This document shows positions 24,901-36,900 of a stretch of DNA of 64,000 bases, one piece after another; positions within the stretch are counted from its first letter, which is position 1; the number at the start of each line of letters is the position of its first letter. Source of the stretch: a virus. Lineage: Duplodnaviria; Caudoviricetes. Location: positions 32,001 to 96,000 of the IMG/VR virus record IMGVR_UViG_2974655483_000001; one strand, written 5' to 3'. The notes under the pieces were generated by a model. That model made no database searches, had not been told where the DNA came from, and saw nothing but the letters and a program-made list of their open reading frames with translations. Made by a program: the position numbers and the translations under genes.

Positions 24901-27900
24901 TACAATTTATGGTGCAAATCCAATCATCTACAACGGATCTTTCCTTGTAACCTCTAGAGACAGTACTACTGTATTTCAGTATCAACTTCCTCAACCTGCA
25001 AATGTAGTTCCTCAAGGAAATATCCTTGTTTCCATTGACTTGAACAAAGGTAAGTCGGATAGTTCTGCAGTTAATAATGCAATTAGTCCTTACACAACTA
25101 ATGTTCAAAATACTTTCTTCAATACTACAAACACTTATATTGCGTCTACAGGTATTCCAAACTACAATATTGGACCTTTCCCTGGATCGGCATTATTACC
25201 TGGCAACCAACGTAAATTGAATAGGTTTCCAATCACTCCTGTTACAATCTCAACTAAAAATCTGATTGTACCTGGTCCTATTGGAACATGGGTAAATGGT
25301 GTCTCTATTTGGTCCTATAAGTCTGATGTCACTAAAATCTTTGGTGCCGTAACGTCAATTGCTATCAATAATGCAGGAAATGGATATGATGCTGCACTCC
25401 CACCAGCAATTACGATTAGTGGTGGTGGGGGAACTGGAGCAGCAGCAACTGCGACTGTTAATGGTTCTATTAGTGAGGTTACAGTAACTGAAGGCGGTTC
25501 TGGGTACACTTCTTCTCCATTGGTATCTATTGTTGGTGGAGGCGGTTCTGGAGCGTCAGCAACAGCAATTATTACAAAGGGTGTAGTTTCTAGTATTCTT
25601 GTCAATTCTGGAGGAACTGGATATACTTCCCAACCATCTATCACTGTTGTTGGTGGTGGAGGATCTGGTGCTGAAGGTACTGCAGCGGTTCGAGGGCCAA
25701 TTCAATCAGTCGCCATCACTAATGGTGGGGCATCTTATACATCTAATCCTAGTATTATTCTTAGTTCTGGTGCTGGTGCTGTTGCACAGGCAATTATTAA
25801 TGATGGACGTATTATTTCAATTGCTATCATTTCGGCAGGTTCTGGATATACTACAGCACCAGAGGTAACTATCCAGGGAGATGGTTTTGGTGCTGTTGCT
25901 AGAGCAACTATTGATGTTGATGGTGAAAATGCTGGTAAAGTTACTGGAATTGAAATTGTTAATAGAGGTATTGGATATAGTCAAGGTACGACTATTATTA
26001 ACTTAAACTCTGTTGGTCAAGGTGCTTCTTTCTTAGCAAATGTATTCCAATGGACTTATAATTTGCAAGAGACAACAACCGTTGATAGTGCTAAGGGATC
26101 TGTATTTGAAGGATTTAATAATCAGTACGGTGGAGAATATGCACACCTTTCCAATCCTCAAAGACTTAGATACATTCTAGGCGACAATCTATTTGCTAAT
26201 GTAAATGATCAAATTCTTGAACAGGATGATCAATTAGGACATTCTCCTATTATTGGATGGGCATTTGATGGCAATCCAATTTATGGTCCTTATGGATATT
26301 CAGACCCTACCAATCAGTCTTCTTCAATCTCTAGATTGAGAACTTCTTATAGATTAAAGGCAAATTTAGTTTATGATGAGGTTACTAATCCAACTCCTGT
26401 TAGAACTGATGGACCTCTGCTATCAGAGGAGATTGCAGGTAAGTTTGTAGAAGATTATGAGTATTCCTTCAGTTTAGGAGATCTTGATCAATATAATGGT
26501 AGGTTCTGTAAGACTCCAGAATATCCCACTGGTAGGTATTGCTATTTTGTAACTATTGATGCTACAGAGCAAGGTAATCCAGTATTTCCATATATTCTTG
26601 GACCAAGTTTTAACTCGGTTGTTGATACCTGGAATCTTTCTACGACTGCTGTTCAACAAAATATTCCTATTGGTGTTGTTCGTTATCGCGATCCTTATGA
26701 AAATGTAGATATTGATGTTGAAAGAGCACCAAATGCATCTACTAATGGATTGACATTGGAAAATGGAGATATTCTAACTTTCGATGTAGAAGATGAAAAT
26801 AGAGATGGTGTTATTAGTGCAGAAGAAACTGCAGATCCAGATCAAATATTTGAAGAGTCTCCATTACAACTATTCGATTACTTCCCGACAGTAAAATTAG
26901 ACTCTAAGGTTGATATTGAAGTAGAAACTATCACTAAATTTGAAGATGCTTCAATTACGGGATTTGTTGTTGAAAATGCTGGTATTAACTATCAGGTAGA
27001 TGATAGACTCATCTTTGATAATACAGATACTGGTGGTGATGGTGCTTCTGCACGAATTTCTAGAATTAAGGGAGAAACAGTTTCTGCGTATACATTTGAA
27101 AATGTTAGTGGCAATAATTTTGGCGTACTAACTACCAGTGTTCCCCATAATTTACAGGTTACAGATACTGTTTTTGTAGATTATACTCCTATAATGGATA
27201 ATACAAATAAAACATTTGTAGTCCGCCAATTTAAGGGTATTGAAAATATTACAATTGCACAATCTGGTTCTGGATACAACGAAGATATCCCTCCTACTCT
27301 TGTTATTGATGGTGACGGTGTTTCTGGTAAACTTGAAGCAGTTGTTACTAGTGTTGGATCAATTGATACTGTAAATATTCTTAATTCTGGTTCTGGATAC
27401 ACTTCCAATCCTAGAGTTATTATTAGTCATCCTCAGGTATTCAAAAAAGCAGAATATATTGTTTCTAAAATAGAAAACAATGAAAATGTAAAAGTTAATG
27501 ACATATTTGTAAACAATAATAAAGAAATCTTTATCTGTGGTAAAACTTTAGATTCTAGTGGCAACAGTGTTGCATTTGTCTCTAAACTTTCTACAACAGG
27601 TGTTAAAGAATGGGAAAAAACATTAGAACTTAGTACAGGAACTAATTATGCAGAATTCCAGAAACTTTATGTTGATGGTGATGATATCTGGGTAGTTGGT
27701 GTCAACCGACCAAATATTTTGGTTCTGGATGCATATAATCCAGATATTATTTTGGTGAAATATACACAATCTGATAATGGATTGAGTGCGTCTCTTCAGT
27801 TCCAAAAAGGATATTCGGGGATCTCTGGTGCTACTAGAGCGGATAATATCACATGTATCAAAAAATATTCAGATACTCGATATGTAATTGGAGGATTTAC

Positions 27901-30900
27901 TAATACTAACTCAGGAAGTCCTTTTGATGCATTTATTGCCTTAATTGACACTGCAGGTAGTTTTGCAATTAAGAGGAAAATTGCTTCTGTAAATGATTCA
28001 GAAAAACTTACCGATATTGTTGTAGATGAAGGTAACATTTACTTTACTTTAGAAACTTCTAATACAAACACTGATAATAATGTTAATGTTGCATTTGGTA
28101 AAGCAACTGTAGGAACCAATTCTATTCAGGTTGAATATGTTAATGAGTACAGCAATGCTGGGTATTCGTTCTTAGATAGTAGTCTTGCTATTGATGAATT
28201 TAAAGAACTTTATATTAATGCTACACTTAGAGCAAAGAGTGATAATGTCACTAGAGATAGTGTTTGGGTTGGTAAAGTTGATACTACTGGTGAGTTTGTT
28301 TGGAACTATAGATACCTTGCTCCAGGTAGAGATGTTAATGCCGTTGGTAAATGTGCTATTGATATTTTTGGTGATTTAAACATTGCATTTAATAGAGTAG
28401 ATAATACTACTGGTCTTAAAACTGTAGATACTGTTAAGATTGGATATGATGGTGTACTTAAAAATCATACAACTAATGAGTTTAATGAATATAGAATTGA
28501 GGGTATTACAGCACATTCTATCGATGTAGATAATTCTGGTGATGTATATGTCTTTGGTCAAACTTCGTGGAACAGAAATGAATTCTTACTTGAGTTCACT
28601 GGTGGTGCCACTACAGATACTTTTGGTAATTACACCCCGACATTTGTTGGTGCTGATGCAACACAATCACTACATTTAGATGGTGGAGTTGCAAAAATTT
28701 ATGGTAGAGATGTTGCAACTCCTGCTAATTGGGAAAATGCATACATCGAATTCCCTAACAGCACCTTAGGAAATACACTGAATGAAAACTGGACTTTAGA
28801 GTTCATGTTGTATCAAAATTCTGCTTCGACGGATACTCATAGTCAAGATCAACAAACTTTAGTTGCTATTGGCGATGCTACTGATGCAACTGGTGGTCTC
28901 TGGTTGTATTATGATCGTACTGCAGCAGGTCCATCTGGATATTTGGAGTTGATTGTAACCAATAACACCACATCTATCAATTCTGCTGGAGGTGCTGTAC
29001 AATCTTCTCTAACTACAATGTTTGCTGATGATACTTGGCAATTTATTGGATTGAAAAAAGAAGATAATCTATTTACGGTTTATGTAAATGGTATTAGTGT
29101 TATTACTGCTACTGTTGCTGATACATCGTTTACATCTAAGAAACTTTATATTGGTAATATTGCTGGTAGAAATGGTACAACTGGAAATTGGAGATCTGAT
29201 GAGCAAGGTCAGTATTTTGTAGATAATCTTAAACTGAGAAATCGCGCTATTACTCCTACGGTTCCTTCTGACGTATCTGCTCTACCTACTAGTAGTACAT
29301 TTGGTTTAAGTTACAGTTGGACTGATACATCATGGTTCGACACATATAATAATTTGCATGATTATATTGATTATTCTGGTTGGGGTGTAAAAGTTGATAA
29401 AAATGCTGATGCTACAAGAATTGGTGATCAAGGTATTCAACTGAATACTCAACTTGGATATGTTCGTACTGCGGTTACTCCTGTAACAGGTAGTGCTTTA
29501 ACTATTGGTAGTACGGGATTTGCTCTAGGTTCTTTAGGTCTTCAATCTTTAGACTTTGATGATGCAACAACTACAATGTCTGAGGATACTGAGACACTAA
29601 CTTACACTAAAGATATTTGGAGTTCCAGAACTGCCACAATTCCTTCTCCTGGATCACAGAAACTGATTATTAATGCGGTTGTCAAGGATAGGTATTACTT
29701 CAAAGTTACTGATACTGTTAAAATTGACAATATTCAAATTTTGACTATTAATCAGGCATTTAGATTTACTGTTGGTACAAAATTAGTTTTGAATGACGAT
29801 AGTGGAAGTTTTATTAATAGCGGATATATTACAAAAGTTGATAATGCTAATAACAAAGTATATTTGGCAATTAATAACAATTCTTGGACTAATGACTTAA
29901 ATACAGGTCAACTTTCTACATCTCAGTTTGATGAGCAGTCTACATACGGCATTGTTGGACCAATTCCTCTTGATATCAATCAAATTGATTCATATACATT
30001 TGCTGAGGTAGATAATACCACTCCTGGCACCTTCACCATTGATCTTGACAAATATAACTTAGATGGTACTTATAATGCAGCGGGTGGTCAAAATCTTGAT
30101 TCCTTTGCTCAGTTTAAACCATATTCTGATGATGATTATTCAGTTAGAATTGATGAAATTTCAGGATCTTCCACATTCATTGTAGGATCTGTAGTTACTA
30201 TAAGTGGCGGAGATATTAGTTATAATGCAGCATATAGCACAGCAACTATTACTAATCTCACTGGTGTTCTTAAAATTACATTAGTTGCTAATCTGACAAA
30301 GATTCTTAGAGTTACTGCTGTATCAAATAGCGATGAAGTTTATGTCATCACTGATACTAGACATTATCTAACTCCTGGATCTATGTTGAATGTAGATGGA
30401 AATCCATCAGAAACTGTTAATACAGTTGTTTATGATGAATATGATGGTTCTTTCCCTGTAGATACTGTAATTAGTCCTTTAGAATTTACATATAAACTTC
30501 CACAGGCAGCAATTACAAGTCCTGCTACCAGTGCTTCTAATGTCAGTATCTATATTAAGTCTCCTGTCCTGAAGATGTATTATGGTCACCAGTATTTGTT
30601 TGACCTCAGTCATTCTTCAATGGTTGGTGGTAATTTATCTTTTTCAAAAGATCCTCTTTATAAACTTGAGTATTCATTCAACTCTATTGAAAGAGTTGGA
30701 ACTCCTGGAGTAACTGGCGAAGGTGCCACTACACCTACCGTTAAGTTTAAAGTTGATGAAGATGTTGTAACAAATATTTCATACTATTTCGATCCTTCGA
30801 GGGTTGGTGATAACGATTCGCCTATCATTCAAGGTAGTTATCTGGATGTTGTTTCTTCTCCATATAGAGGTACATTCCAAGTTAGTGGTGTTGCTGGTGC

Positions 30901-33900
30901 AACAATTACTAGGGGAGCAGACCAGATTAAATTCCCTCTACAGAATGAACCAGAAGGTAACGCTGATGTTTCTAGGGCGTCATATTCAACTAGTTCTAGA
31001 AGGGCAGTTGGTTCTATTGATAATATTCGTATTGTTAATCCTGGCGGATTCTACACAAGACTTCCAATTGTCGATAGTATTCAATCCACAAGACAGATTG
31101 AAAGAGTTACTATCAACGAACCTGGTACTGAATATGCTGTAGGACAGTATACTGGTGTTTCTATTGCTGGTGACGGCGAGGGTGGTTTCGTTACTATTAC
31201 AGTTGCTGATGGAACTGATGCTGAGGGTGGTGCAATTCCTGGACAAGTTCAAAGTGTCATCGTCACATCACCAGGAAAAGGATATACTACAGCAACAGTT
31301 GATATTGATTCTGTGCCAGGTATTCTTGGCGCTGGTCTGACTGGTTCTGGCGCTGAAGTTACAGTAGTTATTCCCCCATTCGGAACAGCAGCATCTATCT
31401 TTACTGTAGGTTCTAGTGTTGGTAAGATTAAAAAACTGAAGAATAATAACTTTGGTTATGATTATCCTCATGACTACACATTACGTCCTGAGATTACATT
31501 CCCAATTAATGCACAGTTAACATCTACTAGTATTTTGGATAGTGTTACAGTCACTGATCCTGGTTCTGGTTATTCTCAGGCACCTGCAGTTATTATTACT
31601 GGCGGTGGTGGTACTGGTGCTATTGCTCAATCTACTATTAAGAATGGTCGTTTGGATAGAATTGAAGTCAAGGATCCTGGTCTTGGATATTCTTCTACAC
31701 CAACTGTAGAATTGAAATCTTCGTTTAATTATGTTGTTAACCTAGATTTGGGACTTTTACAATTCTCCTTCCCACATGGTATTGCACAAGGTTCTGCAAT
31801 TACTCTCGCTGTAGTAGATACTGGTGATGGTGCTGAGTTCCCAATCGCTGCTGGCGCAGTTGGTAGATTGAACGGGGTTACTACTTATTATGCAATTTCA
31901 GGAGCAGCAAATTCTCTTGAAGATGACCAGTTAAAGTTTGCAATTACTCCAGCAAACGCAGCACTTGGAGATGCATTATCATTTACTAATGCTGGTACAG
32001 GTCGTCAACAAGTTCTTACAACATCCTTTGGTGGTGCAGCAACAGCAAATGTTATTACATCGACTTTCCTTGAAGGTGAGCAAGTGTACCAGGGCAGTTC
32101 CTTTGAAAACGCTACTGCATTTGGATTTGTCTCCACAAATAATGGTTGGCAAGTTGGACCTAGAATTGTAAAAATTGTCGATTACACTGGAGAGTTTAAC
32201 ATTGGAGAAAGTGTAACAGGTGTTATCTCCAAATCTTCTGGTACTATTAGTTCCTTGAATATCGCTACGGGCGTTCTTGATGTTGGATCTATTACAGAAA
32301 CCTCTGGTCAGTTTATTGATGATGTTGGCAAACCTTCGGAGATCATCCAAAAGATTCAAGACTCTTATTATTATCAGGACTTCTCTTATGCAGTTAAGTC
32401 TGCTGTTTCAATTAATGATTGGAAGGATATTCTTATCAAGAATGTTCACCCTGCATCCTTCAAAGTTTTTGGAGAACTTAATCTAAATGAATATGGATTT
32501 GTTCCTAATAAAGAAACATTCTTCCAATTAACAAAATCTGTTGAACTTGCAAGACAAGCAACTGTACCAAACATTCAAAGTTTTGCTTTGGTTGAACCTG
32601 TATATACTGCGTTTGATAATACAGAGGTACTATTCCGTCAGAAGAGATTGACTTCTTCGGAGAACATCCTAACATCAGTTGTTCAAAGACTTGATGATAT
32701 TTCAAATCTATTTGATGGTGAGAGAATTTCATTCCCACTACAAATTGATGGATCTAACGTTGTTGCCAACGCAAATCAACTGATGATTATTTTGAATGGT
32801 GTTGTACAAACTCCAGATACATCATTTGAAGTTCAAAACGATTCTATTGTTTTTGCCGAACCACCTCAACCTCCTGCTAGTGTTAAGTATGTAAATGTCA
32901 CTATTCAACCAATTCAGGTCTATAGGTTTACAGTTACTAATAATAGTGGTATTTTCCCAAGCACCAATAATACTGTTCTAGGAACACAATCTGGATCAAG
33001 ACTTACTGTTACTAGTGTTGTTGGTGATGATATCTTCGGTTTCGTTGCAGAAGGTAATGTTGGTATCGTTACGGCACTCGATAATGCCACATTAACTTCT
33101 GGTGCTGGTTATACTGATGGAACTTATACAGAGGTTGCTACTACTTCTAGTGGAGTTGGTACGGGACTTACTGTTAATATCACTGTTGCTGCTGGTGCTG
33201 TAACTCAAGTAAGTATCAATGGTGCTGGCGTTGGGTATGCTTCTTCTGAAGTTATTACAATCGCAGGTGGTACTACATCTGCAACTATTGCAGTCAGTAC
33301 TATTAGTGGATTTAATATTAACGAACTGATAAGTGTTGGTGCAACTGGATTTACAGCAACTCTCACACAAATTACTCCAATAGTTAATCTCAATCTGTTT
33401 AGTTTTAATGAGCAGATTAAAAACTTGACTGGTAAAATTGCTGTAGTTGAAGAGGTTAATCTAGAAACAGGAGATTCTGTTCCTCTTGCCGATTTAAGAT
33501 ACACTGTTGGTGCAGGAACGAGTTCTATTGAACTTATTGATAGTGATGCATTGACAGATACTGCAGTTCCAGCAAGTACCTTTACCGTAGGTGCTAACTA
33601 TCAGTTGGGAGCAGAGATTGTTACAGTTTCTGCTATTACAGTTGGACCTAATTCAACTACACTTACTGTAACAAGAGGGCAATTGGGAACAACTGCAACT
33701 TCCCACCAAGAAGACCTGCCTTTGTATGGTACTGACATTAGTGTTACTAATGAGTTGGCATTGAGTAAGACTGTAGGTACATATCAATCAAAACCTGGAC
33801 TATTCGATATTCAACTTGATGATGTTATTATTGGATCTCAATCGGGTGTTGTTGCTAGAATTACCTCAACATCTGCATACCAAGATCCCACCACAAATGA

Positions 33901-36900
33901 ATTTATTGAACAGGTTAATATTTCTGATGGATCGTCTTTCTTCGGTTTACTGTTCAACAGATTGACATCTGCTTCATATCCTAATATTATTCTTGATAAT
34001 ATTGCCGAGTCTCAAGTAAATATTGTTGATTTTACTGATAATACTACAAACTTTGATTCTAAATTCCCTGGAACTGAGTTTATCAGTAATTTAGTTATTC
34101 CTTATGACAATACTACAGGTACATTCCAAGAAAACGAGATTATTCGTAACTACAAACTTGGATATGGTAATGTAACGGGAGTTTTCAATTCTTCCGAGGA
34201 TATGGTTACTAAAAAACTTGCTTTTGATAGCAGAGTCGGGTCTGGATTCTTCCAACTCGGACAAGTTATTAGAACTCAAGATACTAAGGGAGAAGTTATT
34301 GGATACAATCAAGCACTCTCTACAATCTATCTTGGTAAAGTAGGTAGAACTCTTTCTACTGGTGAAGATTATCATAAGGTTACTTTCAATAATAATGCTC
34401 AATTAGATACCGATCAAAGTCATTATGGATTAAGTTCTTTGCTACTTGATGGTACTGGAGATTATCTGTCTATTCCAACTTCTACTGAATTTGGTTTTGG
34501 TACAGGTGCATTCACAATCGAATGTTGGATTCGTCCTTCTAGTGTTACAGGAACACAACAAATCTTCGATTTCAGAACGACTGCTGTTGAAGTTTCTTCC
34601 GAACTACTACTTGTAGGAACAAATCTTAACTATAGAGTTAATAACTCCACTACGATTACTGGAACAGCAACTCTTGCCGTAGATACTTGGTATCATGTTG
34701 CTATCTCAAGAAATGCTTCCACAACAAAGTTATTTGTTAATGGAACACAGGATGGTGGAGATTATTCCGATGGTAGTAACTACGGAACCACTAAACCAAT
34801 CATCATAGGTGCCTCCTATGCCTTTGGAGACGGTTTTGCTGGTCATATCGATGAGTTCAGAGTATCTAACACTTCGCGCTATCAGACGACATTTACTGCC
34901 CCTACAGGAATCTTCCAGGGTGATGCTAATACTAAGTTGCTGCTTCACTTTGAGGGTGACGATACTCAAACATATATTGAGGATTGGTCTGGTGGCGAGT
35001 CCTTTACAGACAACGAAGATTTCAACAATGATGCAATTCTCAAGAACTGGAATGAAAATTCTACAAACCTTCCTGCTGGATTTGCAGGTAAGTCGCAGCG
35101 ATATTATGATGCTGCTAACTTAATCGAATCCAATAAAAACTTCGTTGCTAAAGAAGCAGTTTACTTACTGACTCAACAGTATCCATCACTCATAATTCCT
35201 GGTGGTAATGTAAATTGTGAAGATGATATTCGTGATATCCTAACTGCTATGATTGAGGATCTCCGTAATGGATGTAATAGTCATATCTGGGATGCTTCGG
35301 CATTGTATGTTGATAGAACTGCTAATCCTATTACAATTAGTCATGTTGATACGGAAGTTACAGAAACTGTCTGGGCTTACGATAAAGTCAAAGATATTCT
35401 TCAATATATCATCAACAATACTCTTTGGTCTGTTTCTGGCAGTCATGGTGTAAGACAAATTACTGATACTACAATTACTGATTCTTCTACATCATCCTTT
35501 ACCACACTTCAACCATCAGCAATTTCATACAACGCTGCTACTGGTGATATGGTCATGACTTCAAATGGTCATGGATTAACAACATCCAATACAATCGCCA
35601 TTGCTGCAGAGTCATTGACATTCACCTGCACAAGTGATGGTAATGAAAGAGAATTGATTCATCCTCGTAAGAGTGATACTAGAGCATATAATCAAGTTCT
35701 TGCAATCACTGCAGCAGACACTAATACATTTACTGTAAATGTTGGTGCATCTCCAGCAGAGCAACAATATGTTCATACATTTGTAAGTGCAACTTCGGGT
35801 GCTGTTACAGTCCTTAATTACACTACAGGTGATTGTGCCGACGTATATTCTACGATTGGCAACCTTTTGGATATCCTCACAGATACACTTGAGCAAGCAA
35901 ATCTAGGCACTCCTGTAGACCACTTAGCAACTATTACTAAAGTAACTACTGAGTATGAGTTTGTTGGTGCTACTGTTAATGCATATCTTGAAGTTCCGTT
36001 TAGTACCACATATCATAGTGCTGCTTCGGATATCTTATACACCAATAGAATTGATGTTGCTGGTCGTGGAAGATTCCGTGATGCTTCAAATCTTATCAAT
36101 GCAAACGCATCAGTTATTGTTGATAAAGCAGCATTTGATATGCTTGCTAGATATCCAGATCTTGCTGTTGATATGCCTAGAAATGCTGATGGTAGTAGCA
36201 CTGATGGAACTCTTCGCTGTAAGACTGACTTAGGTTTAATCTTAGGAGCAATCGCGAAAGATATTTATGATGGAGGAAACTTCTTTACTGTCCAAGCTGC
36301 TAAGTTCTATATTGGTGAAAATGACGAACTCAGACATATCCGTTTGCAAGTATGGCAGTCTGTATATGCTCATGATAGACTTGCATACTATGCTAAGCAA
36401 GCAGTTACAGGTGATCTGACGTATGATAACACCGACAACATTATCGTTGGTGACTGGGGTGTTACTAATGACGCAGGAAACTGTGCAAATGTTCAATCTG
36501 CTATCGATACATTAGTTACTACCATCAATGATATTATTGCTCCAACTAGCGAAGACTTTAATATTGCTGGTGATAGATTATACTTCAACCGCGAATATAT
36601 TGCCGAAGAAATCACTGGTCTTACTGCAGCATATTTGACATATCAGGTTGATAACACAAATCAAGTAGCATATACATATGACGTTGCTAAGTGTGAGCGT
36701 GATATTAAGTTACTAATCACTGCAATTATCTCTGATCTACAAACAGGTGGTAATAATAGTACAGTTGATAATATGAACTTGTACTTAACTGCTAATGGAG
36801 AGCTCAATTATATAGAAGAAGAACTTCTTCCTACAGTATTTGCTTTTGAGCAGATTAGATCTCTTGGCGAAAAAGCAATAAGAAATCTTCTGTATGATTC

